In this document: piece after piece, positions 35,917 to 49,887 of the stretch | Numbering within the stretch: the stretch's first letter is position 1 | Layout of the letters: each line of letters begins with the position of its first letter | Assembly (NCBI GenBank): GCA_036785375.1 | Contig: JAWMAR010001015.1 | Span: 310,001 to 374,000 of the forward strand | DNA: 64,000 bases | Direction of reading: 5' to 3' | From: Leucoraja ocellata | Taxonomy: Eukaryota | The notes under the pieces: model-generated | Database searches by the model: none | Told to the model about the DNA's origin: nothing | Seen by the model: the letters and a program-made list of their open reading frames with translations, nothing else | Translations under genes and position numbers: made by a program

Positions 35917-36202
35917 GACCATACCGGTGACATGCTACGACCATACCAGCGACATGCTACGACCATACCAGCGACATGCTACGACCATACCAGCAACATG
36001 CTATGACCATACCAACGACATGCTATGACCATACCGGCAACATGCTATGACCATACCAACAACATGCTATGACCATACCAGCGACATGCTATGACCATAC
36101 CAACGACATGCTACGATCGTACCGGCGACATGCTACGACCATACCGGCGACATGCTATGACCATACCAGCAACATGCTATGACCAAACCGGCGACATGCT
36201 AC
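35917..36202 (+). repeat. 22-bp tandem repeat (GACCATACCAGCGACATGCTAY) x13
   Basis: Read directly. Confidence 0.93.
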
Positions 36203-36483
36203 GACAGCTGGCGACCATCGGCAACAGTTGACGTGACTAGCTACACCAGGCTACAACAGTGGCTCCTCCATGAGTCCCCTTTTTCTCCAGGAGACGGCCC
36301 ACCCAGTGTCTTCGGCTCCTGAAACAGCTCAGGGGGAAGCCTGGTGAAGTTTCTGAAGGCAGCCTCATCTTCTTGCTGGAGCTCAGTCATCAGGTTGTCA
36401 TATTGGCCCAACCTGGGTCTCTACAGGGACAAGGGCATCAACCACACACACACCTCTTCTTGGACTTCCTCTTACCCATTCTT

Positions 36484-38107
36484 CTTAGAAACATAGAAAC
36501 ATAGAAAATGGGTGCAGGAGTAGGCCATTCGGCCCTTCGAGCCTGCACCGACATTCAATATGATCATGGTTGATCATCCAACTCAGTATCCTGTACCTGC
36601 CTTCTCTCCATACCCCCTGATCCCTTTAGCCACAAGGGTCACATCTAACTCCGTATTAAATATAGCCAACGAACTGGCCTCAACTACCTTCTGCGGCAGA
36701 GAATTCCAGAGATTCACCACTCTCTGTGTGAAAAATGTTTTCCTCCTTTTGGTCCTAAAAGATTTCCCCCTTATCCTTAAACTGTGACCCCTTGTTCTGG
36801 ACTTCCCCAACATCAGGAACAATCTTCCTGCATCTAGCCTGTCCAACCCCTTAAGAATTTTGTAAGTTTCTATAAGATATAGATATAGATATGCCATTTA
36901 TTGTCACTATACATGTACAGTGAAACTGAAAGCTGCTCGTACTCAGTGCATACATACAATTTAGCACAAAAAAACAAGAGACAGAAAACAAAAAACAGAA
37001 GGGATTTGGGGGGGGAGGGGGAATAGGTGCACAAATTCTGCGGCGCTACATTCATATATACATATATACAGATGGTAGTCCGTGTTGGGCGGTGTAGTCA
37101 GTGCTTGTGTGAATTTGAATTTATAGTAGATATAATTCTCGGAAAGCAACTATTCCTGAGTCTGTTTGTCCTGGATTTGATGCACCTATAGCGCCTTCCA
37201 GAGGGCAGCAGGTCGAACAGTCCAAACGCAGGATGGGAGCTGTCTTTGATGATCTTCTTTGCCCTGCTAAGGCAGCGGGAGGTGTAGATGTCCATCAGGG
37301 AGGGGAGAGGGCAGCCAATGATCCTCTGCGCTGTCCTGGTTACCCTCTGAAGCCTCTCCCTGTCTGCCATGGTGCAGCTGCCATACCATGCTGTAATGCA
37401 GTATGTCAGCAGGCTCTCGATGGACGAGCGGTAGAAGGTCAGCAGCAGGTTAGAGTCCAGGTTGTGCTTCCTGAGGACCCTCATGAAGTGCAGCCGCTGC
37501 TGAGCCTTCTTGATGACCGCTGTCGTGTTGTCCGTCCAGGAGATGTCAGCAGCGATATGGACACCGAGAAACCGGAAGGTGTTGACCCTCTCCACACACT
37601 CGCCGTTGATGTGTAGGGGGGCTAAGTCGGTGCTGTGCCTCCTGAAGTCGACAATGAGCTCTTTTGTTTTCCTGGTGTTCAGAGCCAGATTGTTTTCTGA
37701 GCACCAGGTTGTCAACTTCAGGACTTCCTCTCTGTAGGCTGCTGCCTCGAAGATCCCCCCTCAATCTTCTAAATTCTAGCAAGTACAAACCAAGTCTATC
37801 CAGTCTTTCTTCATATGAAAGTCCTGACATCCCAGGAATCAGTCTGGTGAACCTTCTCTATACTCCCTCTATGGCAAGAATGTCTTTCCTCAGATTAGGA
37901 GACCAAAACTGTGCGCAATACTCCAGGTGTGGTCTCACCAAGACCCTTTACAACTGTAGTAGAACCTCCCTGCTCCTATACTCAAATCCTTTTGCTATGA
38001 ATGCTAACATACCATTCACTGCCTGCTGCACCTGCATGCCTACTTTTAATAACTTGTGTACCATGACACCCAGGTCTCGTTGCATCTCCCCCTTTCCTAA
38101 TCGGCCA
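36484..38107 (-). mobile_element. CR1 insertion, itself interrupted by Rex1
   Basis: 8-bp TSD CCATTCTT (36476-36483 and 38108-38115); (TTTCTATG)n tail; CR1 coding remnant at 36583-36880 and 37748-38107. Confidence 0.85.
36880..37745 (-). mobile_element. 5'-truncated Rex1-type LINE nested in CR1
   Basis: ORF 37098-37715 (NNLALNTRKTKELIVDFR...LPSGRRYR), intact; (ATATCT)n tail. Confidence 0.88.
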
Positions 38108-38888
38108 CCATTCTTGTCCTTCTGTCTTGCTGATCTTTAAGCATGAGGGCTGCTGCAAGCAGCAGGGCTTCTTCATGTGAGAGCAATGTCCTCAGATGTT
38201 GGAAACAATACATCCCCTCTTATAATTCCATTGTTTTGGAGGCCAAAATGACATGAATTGTCTTCGGTTGTCTCCGACAGTCGTAACTTGTCGTGGCTTG
38301 TTGCGGGTGGATGCAAGTTGACCGGTTGTCGCCTGTGTGGTCGTAGATTGTCGTAGGTCTCGTCGTAGGTTGTCGTAGGTGGACGTCCCAAGTCACGACG
38401 ATTGGGTCGCCGGTTGTCGGTAGCTTGCGTTAGCTTGACTTCGACTCGGTGGTATGTTGTTGGAGTTTGTCGTACACATTGTTGTGGGGGGGTCAAGTCG
38501 CTGGTTTTTCGGCTGCATTCTACTACTATGACAGTTGCAGGCAGTCGCCTAAGTGGGGCAGGCCCTTAAATGGCTTAATTGTAATCATGCATTGTCCTTC
38601 TGCTGACAGATTAACACACAACAAAGGCTTTTCACAATGCCACTGTGCACATGAGAATAAACTAAACTGAACTGAACTGAAGTCAATGATGCAGCTGCAG
38701 AGGTGAGTACTGACTCCAAGTCCCTCGAGTTTGGTGATGAGCTTGGCTGGTATAATGGTCTTAAATGAGCTTGGCTGGTATAATGGTATCAGACTGTAGA
38801 TATCCCATGTATGAGTGTACAGATATACCCCTGACAGTGGAACAATGTCCCAAGAGAGAGGTAATGAGGGAGACCGATCCGTTTACAG

Positions 38889-39070
38889 NNNNNNNNNNNN
38901 NNNNNNNNNNNNNNNNNNNNNNNNNNNNNNNNNNNNNNNNNNNNNNNNNNNNNNNNNNNNNNNNNNNNNNNNNNNNNNNNNNNNNNNNNNNNNNNNNNNN
39001 NNNNNNNNNNNNNNNNNNNNNNNNNNNNNNNNNNNNNNNNNNNNNNNNNNNNNNNNNNNNNNNNNNNNNN
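38889..39070. other. Assembly gap (182 N)
   Basis: Run of N inside a degenerate GTGTACAGATATCCC...GAGAGAG repeat. Confidence 1.
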
Positions 39071-39434
39071 AAACATGCCAAGAGAGAGGCATTGAGAGAC
39101 ACTGGTCAGCGTACAGATATCCCCATGAGAGAGAGGGATTGGGAGACACCAGTCAGTGTAGAACAGAAACATAGATAAATAGGTGCAGGAGTAGGCCATT
39201 TGACCCTTATGATCATGGCTGATCATCTAAAATCAGTACCACGTTCCTGCTTTTTCCCCATATTCCTTGATTCATTTAGCACCAAGAGCTCAATATAACT
39301 CTCTCATGAAAACATCCAGTGAATTGGCCTCCACTGTTGTCTGTGGCAGAGAATTCCACAGATTCACAACACAGTGTACAGATATCAAGCCGAGAGAGAA
39401 GGGAGTGAGGTTCACCGGTCAGTTTACAGATAAC

Positions 39435-39481
<47 letters not shown>

Positions 39482-39574
39482 AAGCTGCAGAGAAACTGTA
39501 AGCAGTGTAAAGTTAGCCCCCTGAGAGAGGTTGACAGGGAGAACCCATGCAGTGAGAGAAAGTGACTGAATTGA

Positions 39575-42230
39575 TTCAGATTCAATTTAATTGTCATTGT
39601 CAGTGTACAGTACAGAGACAACGAAATGCATTTAGCATCTCCCTTGAAGAGCGACATAGCAAACGATTTGAATACATAATAATAAGTGTCCGGGGGGGGG
39701 GGGGGGGGGGGGGTGGCGATTGGCAGTCACCGAGGTACGTTGTTTAGTAGAGTGACAGCCGCCGGAAAGAAGCTGTTCCTCGACCTGCTGGTTCGGCAAC
39801 GGAGAGACCTGTAGCGCCTCCCGGATGGTAGGAGGGTAAACAGTCCATGGTTGGGGTGAGAGCAGTCCTTGGCGATGCTGAGCGCCCTCCGCAGACAGCG
39901 CTTGCTTTGGACAGACTCAATGGAGGGGAGCGAGGAACCGGTGATGCGTTGGGCAATTTTCACCACCCTCTGCAATGCCTTCCGGTCGGAGATAGAGCAG
40001 TTGCCATACCATACTGTGATGCAGTTGGTAAGGATGCTCTCGATGGTGCAGCGGTAGAAGTTCACCAGGATCTGAGGAGACAGATGGACCTTCTTCAGTC
40101 TCCTCAGGAAGAAGAGACGCTGATGAGCCTTCTTGATCAGAGTAGAGGTATTGTGGGTCCAAGAGAGGTCATCGGAGATGTTGACTCCCAGGAACCTGAA
40201 GCTAGAAACACGTTCCACCTCCGTCCCGTTAATGTGGATGGGGGTGTGCGTGCCGCCTCTGGACTTCCTGAAGTCTACAATGAGCTCCTTGGTCTTCTTG
40301 GAGTTAAGGGCCAGGTTGTTGTCAGCGCACCATGCTGCTAAGTGCTGGACCTCCTCCCTGTAGGCCAGCTCATCGTTGTTGCTGATGAGGCCAATCACCG
40401 TTGTATCATCTGCATACTTGATGATGGTGTTAGTACCATGTACAGGTGTGCAGTCATAGGTGAAGAGGGAGTAGAGGAGGGGGCTCAGCACACAGCCCTG
40501 AGGAACGCCGGTGTTCAGGGTGAGGGTTGAAGAGGTGTGCTTGTCTAACCTCACAGACTGGGGTCTGTTGGTTAGAAAGTCCAGTATCCAGTTGCAGAGG
40601 GAGGGGTCGATGCCCAGGTTACCGAGTTTGGTGATCAGTTTTGATGGAATAATGGTGTTGAATGCTGAGCTGTAATCGATGAACAGCATTCTTACATAAG
40701 TGTCTCTGTTGTCGAGGTGGGAGAGGGCGGAGTGAAGTGCCGTTGAGATGGCATCCTCCGTACTCCTGTTCTTGCGGTAGGCAAACTGATAGGGATCCAG
40801 TGTGGGGGGTAGGCAGCTTTTGAGGTGTGCCAGGACCAGCCTCTCGAAGCACTTGGTGATAATGGGGGTAAGTGCAACTGGGCGGAAGTCGTTGAGGCTT
40901 GCCGCAGTGGAGTGTTTTGGCACGTGCACGATGGAGGTGGCTTTAAGGCAAGTGGGGACAACTGCTTGGGCAAGTGACAGGTTGAAGATGTCAGTCCAGA
41001 CGTCTGTCAGCTGCGCAGCACAGGCCCTGAGCACGCGCCCGGGGATGCCGTCAGGGCCAGCAGCTTTACGTGCATTAGTCCTACTCAGTGCCACGTACAC
41101 GTCGTAGGGGGTGAGTGTGAGGGGTTGGTGATCGGCAGGTAGCACAGCCTTGATGGCTGTCTCTAGATTGTCCCTGTCGAAGCGGCCATAGAAGTGATTA
41201 AGCTCCTCAAGGAAGGAGGCGTCGCTGGATGTGGGGGTGATGTTGGAGGGTCTGTAGTCCGTGATGGCCTGGATGCCTTGCCACATGCGTCGGGGGTCGG
41301 AGTTGTTGTTGAAGTGCTCCTCAATCCAGAGCTTATGGCAGTGCTTGGCCTTCCTGATGCCCCTCTTCAGGTTAGCCCTGGATGAACTGTAGGCTCGAGC
41401 ATCGCCTGACCTGAAAGCGGTGTCCCGTGCTTTCAGCAGTAGCCTGACCTCGCTGTTCATCCATGGCTTCTGATTCGGGTATATGGTCACCTGTTTGAGG
41501 GAGGTGACACTATTGATGGTGGAGTTTATAAAGTCCAGAACAGAGGATGTGTAGGAATCAATGTCCGTGTGAGAGCCAAGGGTGGCCTGGGCTGCAAACG
41601 CCTTCCAGTCAGTGTTTCCAAAACACTGCTGAAGTGTGAAGTCCGCTTCCTCTGACCAGACTTTAACTGTCCTCACAGTTGGTTTAACCCGTCTGATGAG
41701 TGGGGAGTACTTAGGGAGCAGGAACAATGAGACGTGATCAGACTGACCAAGGTGGGGGAGGGGGATGGCTTTGTAAGCTTCAGCCATGTTGGTGTAGACT
41801 TTGTCCAGTGTCTTGTCTACTCTAGTGGGGAAGGATACATGTTGGTGGAATTTGGGGAGTACAGTCTTCAGGTTGCAGTGATTGAAGTCACCCGCAACAA
41901 TGAAGGCTGCCTCGGGGTTGTGCGTCTGTTGTTTGCTAATGGCAGTATGCAGCTCTTTCATTGCAAGCTTGGCATTAGCATCAGGGGGGATATAGGCTGC
42001 AGTCACAACAGTGGAGGTGAACTCTCTGGGCAGATAGAACGGTCTGCATCTAACCAAGAGGAACTCAAGGTTAGCTGAGCAGTGACTCTCGATGATGATG
42101 GAGTCCGTGCACCATGCTTTGTTTACATAAATGCACAGACCCCCCCCTCTGGTCTTACCAGAGTCTGATGTCCTGTCCGCTCGGAGTAAATGACGCCCCG
42201 ATAGCTGGATGGCGCTGTCAGGAACGTCAG
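39575..42230 (-). mobile_element. Rex1/Babar-type LINE with long intact pol ORF (39727-42057), 5'-truncated
   Basis: RPFYLPREF, AGDFNH, SDH endonuclease motifs; GVPQGCVLSP and KYADD RT motifs; 776 aa without stops. Confidence 0.93.
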
Positions 42231-44029
42231 ATAAAACTTATTAGCAGAATCTTCTGCCTCCACTAACCTTGGAAGAATCAATGTGAACCAGAATATCTTG
42301 GGTGGAAGGAGGATTATATATTGGTGAGGAATTTTCTCTCGCAGAGATTAAAACTGAGTTTCACTCCTGGACAGGTGTCCCCTCACTGCTGTTAGAAAAC
42401 CCTTTGATCTGTGTCAGCTATGGGTCTTTTGATCCATGTTTTCAAGAACAGGAAGTGCAACACTAAGAGAAGCAGTCACACTGAGAAACAGGAGGCTGCC
42501 CAGTCAAGGGAGCAGCCAAGTGCTCAATGGCAGGAAATCACAGGGAGAGACGTTCTGTGGAGGATCTGTTCCTACTTCAGAATGGTCTCACAACAGTTCT
42601 AAATCATGCAGCTCCAACAGACATAGAGCAACAAACACAGCTCAATCCAACTCCCATGGCAGCTAAACAGATGTCCTGTTACCCTTTCAACCTCACTTTT
42701 ACCATTGCCATTTGCCCTTTTACAGGAACTTGGGACAGTTAATGGAGATGTCTTGAGGACAGTGTGTATTATGGACATGGAGGTGGTCGATGTCCTCAGG
42801 CGTATGACAGTAGATATGAAGATTGTACAAAACATTGATGTTTGGAATGCATTACCAGGGGACGTTGTGGAAGCAGATACGACAGCAATGATTAAAAGGC
42901 ATTTAGAGATAGATTAGACATTCAGTATTTTCTTTCTCTCGGGGTATGAATGTTTTGGTTCCACTTGTATTCCAAAGTATGTTTTGCCTCACATCAGTGG
43001 TAGGAATGTAATTGGAGAGGATTCTTTGGGATAGGATTTACTACCATTTGGAAGCCAATGAGCTAGTAAGGGACCATCAGCATGGCTTTGTACGCCACAG
43101 ATCATGTCTTACTAACTTGATTGATTTTGTTGAGGAGGTGACAAAGGTGATCGATGAAGGTAGGGCAGTGGATGTTGTCCATATGGACCATAGTAAGGCA
43201 TTTGAGAAAGTTCTCCATGGTTGGTTGTCCAAGAAGGTCAAAATGCACAGCCTTCAGAGTGATTTTGTCGTCTGGGTCAATACCTGTTTACTGATAGAAG
43301 ACAGAGGCTTGTGGTGAAGGGCATTATTCAGAGTGGAAGTCTGTGACCAGCTGAGCTCTGCAGTGATCTGCGGACAGTGAGCAAGGATGTTAAAGTATAG
43401 ATCTGCGAGGAGGATGCTATGAGGCTGCAGGGTGACTTGGATTGGTTGGGTGAGTGGGCAGATGCACTCTAAAGTAAAGACGATATAGATCAGCTCAGAA
43501 ATGGGCAAAGAAATGGAAAATGAGGTTTAATCCGACTAAATGCTGTTGTTTTACTAAAAATGACCGATATTCTCCACACTTGCATGAAGCACATCTCTGT
43601 CTTCAGACTCAGTCCTATTGGTCAGTTATCTTTTCAGTAACGTAAGAATTGTTTATAGGTGTTGGTCTTTAAGTCAGGGACATATTTCCATATGTCAAGC
43701 AGCCTGCTTGTTCTTTTTAGCAAGTCTGTTCCCTGTGGGATTCCCCCTGTTCAGATTAAGACAATCTGCCATCTCCAACAGGAAATCTGAGGTGAAGGAA
43801 ATAGTGCCCACATCACTGTCCAGTTTCACACACCCATCAACAGTCAAAATATGAAACATGTTTCTGGTAAATCAACAGCTGCATGCAGAGATTGTGTTCA
43901 AATTTGTCCCATGCATAGAGGATCAGTAAAAAGGTTCTTCAGCCCTACAGCCCATTCCCACTCTCTGCTGATCTGTGTTTGAACTCCATTTATCCACCTT
44001 GTATAAATGGAGTCCTTTAATCACCAAAG

Positions 44030-46078
44030 AAGGTGGCTCAACTGTGGCTAACAAGGAAAATGAAGGATAGTGTTAAATCCAAGGAAGAGGCATATAAATT
44101 GGCTGGAGGAAGCAGCAAACCACAGGATTGGGGGAAATTTAGAATTCAGCAGAGGAGGACAAAAGGGATTAATAAAGAGGGGAAAAATAGTATGAAAGAA
44201 AGCTTGCGGGGGATATCAAAACTGACCGTTAAAACATTTTTTGATACTGTACTGTATGTGAAGAGGAAAAGATTAGTGAAGACAAATGTAGGTTCCTCAA
44301 AGTCAGAAACAGATGAATTTATAATGGGAAACAAGGAAATGGTAGACCAGTTAAACAAGTACTTTGGTTCTGTCTTCACTAAGGAAGACACAAACAATAT
44401 CCCAGAAATACTAGGGGACTGAGGATCTGGCGTGATGGAGGAACTGAAGGAAAATGATATTAGTCATGAAATGGTGTTGGGTAAACAGTTGGGACTGAAG
44501 GCCGATAAATCCAAAGGGCCTGATGGTCTGCATCCCAGAGTACCCAAGGAGGTGGCCATAGAAATTGTGAATGCATTCGTGATCATTTTCCAATGTTCTA
44601 TAGGCTCTGGATCAGTTCCTGAGGACTGGAGGGTAGCTAATGTAACCCCACTTTTTAAGAAAGGAGGGAGAGAGAAAACAGGGAATTATAGACCAGTTAG
44701 CCTTCCATTGATAGTGGGGAAGATGCTTGAGTCGATTATTAAATATGTACTAGCAGCGCATTTTTAAAGCAGTGACAGGATCAGTCAGTCAGCATGGATT
44801 TATGAAGGGGAAATCATGCTTGACTAATCTTCTGGAAATTTTTGAGGATGTAACATCTAGAATGGATAAGGGAGAGCCAATGCATGTTGTGTATCTGGAC
44901 ATTCAAAAAGCCTTTGACAAGGCCCACACAAGAGATTTGTGTGCATAATGAGAGCACACAGTATTGGGGGTAGGGTACTGACATGGATAGAAAACTGGTT
45001 GACAGACAGGAAGCAAAGAGTAGGAATTAACATGGCCTTTTCAGAATGGCAGGCAATGACAAGTGGCGCAAGGTTTGGTGCTGGGACCCCAATTATTTAC
45101 AATATAGATTAACAATTTAGACAAGGGAATCAAATGTAACATCTCCACGTTTGCAGATGATACAAAGCTGGGTGGCAGTGTGAGCTGAGGAGGATGCTAA
45201 GAGGCTGCAGGATGACTTGGATAGGTTGGGTCAGTGGGCAGTTGCATTGCAGATGCAGTATAATGTGGATACATGTGAGGTTATCTACTTTGGTGGTAAG
45301 AACAGGAAGGTGGATTATTATCTGAATGGTGTCAGATGAGGAAAAGAGGAAGTGCAGCGAGACCTGGGTTTCCCTGTACATCATTCACTGACAGTAAGCA
45401 TGCAGGAACAGCAGGCAGTGAAGAAAGCTAAAGGCATTTAAGCCTTCCTACCGAGATGATTTGAGTAAATGAGCAAGGAGGTCCTACTGCAGTTGTGCAG
45501 GGCCCTGGTGAGACCGCACCTGGAGTATTATTGTGTGCAGTTTTGGTCTTCTAATTTGTAGAAGGACATTCTTGCTATTGAGGGAGTGCAGAGTAGGTTC
45601 ACCAGGTTAATTCCCAGGACGGCGCGACTGACATATGATGAAAGAATGTGTCGACTGGGCTTGTATTCACTGGAATTTAGAAAGATGAGAGGGGATCTTA
45701 TAGAAACATATAAAATTCTTTAGGGATTGGACAGGCTAGATGCAGGAAAAATGCTCCCGATGTTGGGGGAGTCCAGAACCAGAGTTTCAGAAAAAGGGGT
45801 AGGCCATTTAGGACTGAGATGAGGAAAAACTTTTTCACCCATCAAGTTGTGAATCTGTGGAATTCTCTGCCACAGAAGGCAATGGAGCCCAAATCGCTAG
45901 ATGTTTTCAAGATAGTTAGATATAGCTCTTTGGGCTAACGGAATCAAGGGCTATGGGGAAAAACAGGAACAGGTTACTGATTTTGGATGATCAGCCATGA
46001 TCATATTGAATGGCAGTGCTGGCACAAAGGGCTGAATGGCCTACTCCTGCACCTGTTTTCTATGTTTCTATGTTTCTA
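44030..46078 (+). mobile_element. CR1 LINE, about 2 kb, degenerate
   Basis: [51 protein letters not shown]; TTTCTATG tail. Confidence 0.9.
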
Positions 46079-46949
46079 ACATTCTGTCCATATGGAAACT
46101 TTCAACTGAACCCCAGTCTTGACAGCTTCCAGGGGCAGTTCTGGGTTACCAATATCCTGGATGCCATGTTTATGTTTTTGTCCTTGTTTGGATCCACGGC
46201 AGAGGAAGCAGATTCTTCGTCTGCTCCAGTGCATCCAGTGATTATTTTAATCTCCCCAATTACACCTTCAATTCTCCTCACCTCAGGGAGCATAGAACCA
46301 GACCTGATATTCCAACCACTTCTCTCCCACTGCCACTGTCCCTGGAGGGGATGCACCCGCTGCACCACCACCAAGGACACACATCCGTCTTCACTAAGGA
46401 GGACACAAACAATCTTCCTGATGTACTAGTGGCCAGAGGATCTGGGGTGACGGAGGATCAGAAGGAAATCCACATTAGGCTGTAAATGGTGTTGGGTAGA
46501 CTGCTAGGACTGAAGGTTGATAAATCCCCAGGGCCTGATGGTCTGCATCCCAGGGCATTTAAGGACGTGGCTCTAGAAATCATGGATGCAATGGTGTTCA
46601 TTTTCCAATGTTCTATAGATTCAGGATCAGTTCCTGTGGATTGGAGGGTAGCTAATGTTATTCCACTTTTTAAGAAAGGCGGGAGAGAGAAAAAAGGAGT
46701 TTAGTTTCTCCCGTGCAGATGAGGTGAGAAACGACGGTGGTCCCAGCACCAACCCCCTTCCCTCTTCTCCCCCAAGGCACGGCACACACCTCCCACCCTC
46801 ACCACCGGTGGCTCTATGTCCATCGGCCGTTCTGTCCACACCCCATGGAGTTTTAACCCCGGCCTGTAGCCAGGAACGGACCGGGTGAGTGGGGGCGTCG
46901 GTGCCTCATCCGGGGATGAATCTCGGGCTAAGGGTCCGCTTTGATGCCC

Positions 46950-47082
46950 GACACCCGGGTCACTGACCCTCAACTCCCCCGGACACCCGGGTCACTGACC
47001 CTCAACTCCCCCGGACCCCCGGGTCACTGACCCTCACCTCCCCCGGACCCCCGGGTCACTGACCCTCACCTCCCCCGGACCC
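46950..47082 (+). repeat. About 33-bp GC-rich tandem repeat (CCCGGGTCACTGACCCTCA..TCCCCCGGAC) x4
   Basis: Read directly. Confidence 0.88.
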
Positions 47083-48509
47083 CAGCTGGACAAGGAGCAC
47101 CTGGGCCAGCCCGCATTCCCGAGAGGGAAATGCTCCTCAGGCATCGCCAAGTCTCATCTCACTCCGGATGTTTTTGCCACTTCACTGACACACACACACA
47201 CACACACACACACTGGCACACACACTGGCACACACAAGGTTTAAAGGGATGTAGGCCAAATGCGGATAAATGGGACTAGTTTAGATGGGGCATCTTGTCT
47301 GCATTAACAAGTTGGGATGAAGGGCCTGTTTCCATGCTGTAAGACTATGACACATTGTAGAAAGGGTGTAATTGCTCTGGAGAGTATCCAGGGGTGATTT
47401 ATGAATATGTTGGCAGGGCTGGAATTTTTTGTTTCATTTTGGAGAAAGATTTGATAACTGGGATTGTATTCTCTGCAGTATCGGAGATGAAGGAAAAACT
47501 TAGTTGAGGTGAAAAATATTATGAGAATCGGACCTATTTTGCTTAACAAACAGTGTAGGAAGGAACTGCAGATGCTGGTTTAAACTGAAGATAGACACTA
47601 AAAACTAGTAAATCTCAGCAGGACAGGCAGCATCTCTGGAGCGATAGAATGGGTGATATATCGGGTCGAGACCTTCAGACTGAAGAGGTTGAAACGTATG
47701 ATTTGAGATGTGTGTTATCCAGCTAAGGGCAGAAATCAGAATCACATGTTCATCTTTATTGACGTGACACCATAATAAATATATTACAGAAAAAATAATT
47801 TAATGGTGTGGCACGGTGGCGCAGCAGTAGAGTTGCTGCCTTACTATTACATGGGTTTTCTCTGGATATTCCGGTTTCTCCCATATCTGAAAGAAGTGCT
47901 GGTTTGTAGGTTAATTGGCTTCTGTAAATTGTCCCTGGCGTGATGGACGTAACTGGTATATGATAGATTGCTGGTCAGTGTGGCCTTGGTGGGCTGAAGT
48001 GCCTGTTTCCATTTATATATTTTACATATATATCTTAATTTCATTGAACCATATATGATTGAATATGCGGCATTATTTTCAACTTGTTTCTAAATTCAAA
48101 AGGTAAGGATGATTGATTTATTTGTACAGACTGTGGTGGAAGTCCGACTCTTGCCTTAGTTATCTGTGTTTTCCTCTATATATATATATATGCATAACAG
48201 CATGAATATAATCTGATTTCCATACATGAATATAGCCATTCATGTGCTGCACCATGTGCTGTTGATCAAAGCCTGGCTCTATTGTGGAATGTAATCAGGA
48301 ATGCAATTTAGCCTAACTTTATTCATACCTAATCCAATTTAAAGCATAAATGTTGCATTCAAGTGTAAGTTAAAAGACTCACTACAGTATGCACCAGATT
48401 GCACAATTTAAAGCAGAAAATGTGAAAGCTACCTACCGTGGGAGGGGGGGGGGGGGGGGGGGGGACAATTTCTCACTCTCAACTCTCACCCAATGTTGGC
48501 AGCCCTATT

Positions 48510-49305
48510 AAATGTGAGGTTATTACCTTGGTGGCAAAAACAGAAAGGCAGAGTATTATTTGAATGGTGTCAAGTTGGGAAAAGGGAAAGTACAATGGGA
48601 TCTGGGGGTCCTTGTACATCAGTCAATGAAAGTAAGCATTCAGGTACAGCAGGCAGTGAAGAAAGCGAATGGCATGTTGACCTTCATAACCAAAGGAGTT
48701 GAGTATTGGAGCAAAGAGGTCCTTCTACAGTTGTACAGGGCCCGAGTGAGACCACACCTGGTGTATTTTGTGCAGTTTTGGTCCCCTAAATTGAGGAAGG
48801 ACATTCTTGCTATTAAGCGAGTGCAGCGTAGGTTTACAAGGTTAATTCCCAGGATGGTGGGATGTCATATGCTGAGAGAATGGAACGGCTTGGCTTGTAT
48901 AATCTGGAATTTAGAAGGATGAGAAAGGATCTTATTGAAACATACAAGATTATTAAGGGTTTGGACACACTAGAGTCAGGATATATGTACCTGGTGTTGG
49001 AGGAGTCCAGAACCAGGGGCCACAGTTTAAGAATAAGGGGTAAGGGATTTATAAAGGGATGAGGGAACACTTTTTAACCCAGAGAGTTTGAGTCTGGGGA
49101 ATTCTCTGCCTCAGAGGGTGATGGAGGCCGGTTCTCTGGATACTTTCAAGAGAGAGCTAGATAGGGCTCTTAAAGATAATGGATTCAGGGAATATGGGGA
49201 GAAGGCAGAAACGGGGTACTGATTGTGGACGATCAGCCATGATCACAGTGAATGGCGGTGCTGGCTCAAAGGGCCGAATGGCCTACTCCTGCACCTATTG
49301 TCTAT
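48510..49305 (+). mobile_element. CR1 3' fragment
   Basis: ORFs 48560-48922 and 48862-49062 carry CR1 C-terminal motifs; CTATTGT tail. Confidence 0.88.
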
Positions 49306-49887
49306 TCTTCCTGAGCGGCGCTGGCCGGAATCACACCCAGAGCTCCAGATGTGGTCTAATTCTATTAAACAGCTGCATAAAACCCTTTGTATCCCAGCGT
49401 TTCCCATCAACTAAGGCACGTTAAGAGCATTGGTTTAAATTCAAGCTCAGGATTAAACCAAACCTAGCAGTGGTCCCTCAACACAAAGCAAACCTTCCTG
49501 CTTTGCTCTTGTGCCCAATGCAATTGGTCATTTCCTTATGGAATCACTGTCTGTCAGCTGGCGTGCATATTTCCGAAGGTCTTTCCTGGTCCCAGCACAC
49601 TGATGCAATCATAACGAAGGCACATCAGTGCCTCTACTTCCTGAGAAGATTACGGAGAGTCGGTATGTCAAGGAGGTATGTCAAGAGCCGATGATGGACT
49701 GGGCAGTGGTCACAACTTTCTGCATTCTTTTCCGCTCCTGGACTTTCAACTTGCCGAACCAGGCCACGATGCAACCAGTCAGTATGCTCTCTACTGTGCA
49801 CCTGTAGAAGTTCGAGAGAGTCCTCCTTGACATCCCGACTCTCCGTAATCATCTCAGGAAGTAGAGGCGTTAATGTGCCTTCTTTAT

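Larger units (their letters stand above)
35830..38566 (-). mobile_element. Decayed PIF/Harbinger element with transposase N-terminal remnant
   Basis: TIR TAAGTGGGGCAGGCCCT near 38550-38566; minus-strand LGQYDNLMTELQQEDEAAFRNFTRLPPELFQE at about 36320-36420 resembles Harbinger transposase; left boundary uncertain. Confidence 0.7.

Noticed and set aside
35917-36202. CRISPR-like array
   Set aside because: Head-to-tail repeats without unique spacers in eukaryotic DNA; a transposon-associated minisatellite.
38761-39226. ORFs spanning the N run
   Set aside because: Gap artefacts.
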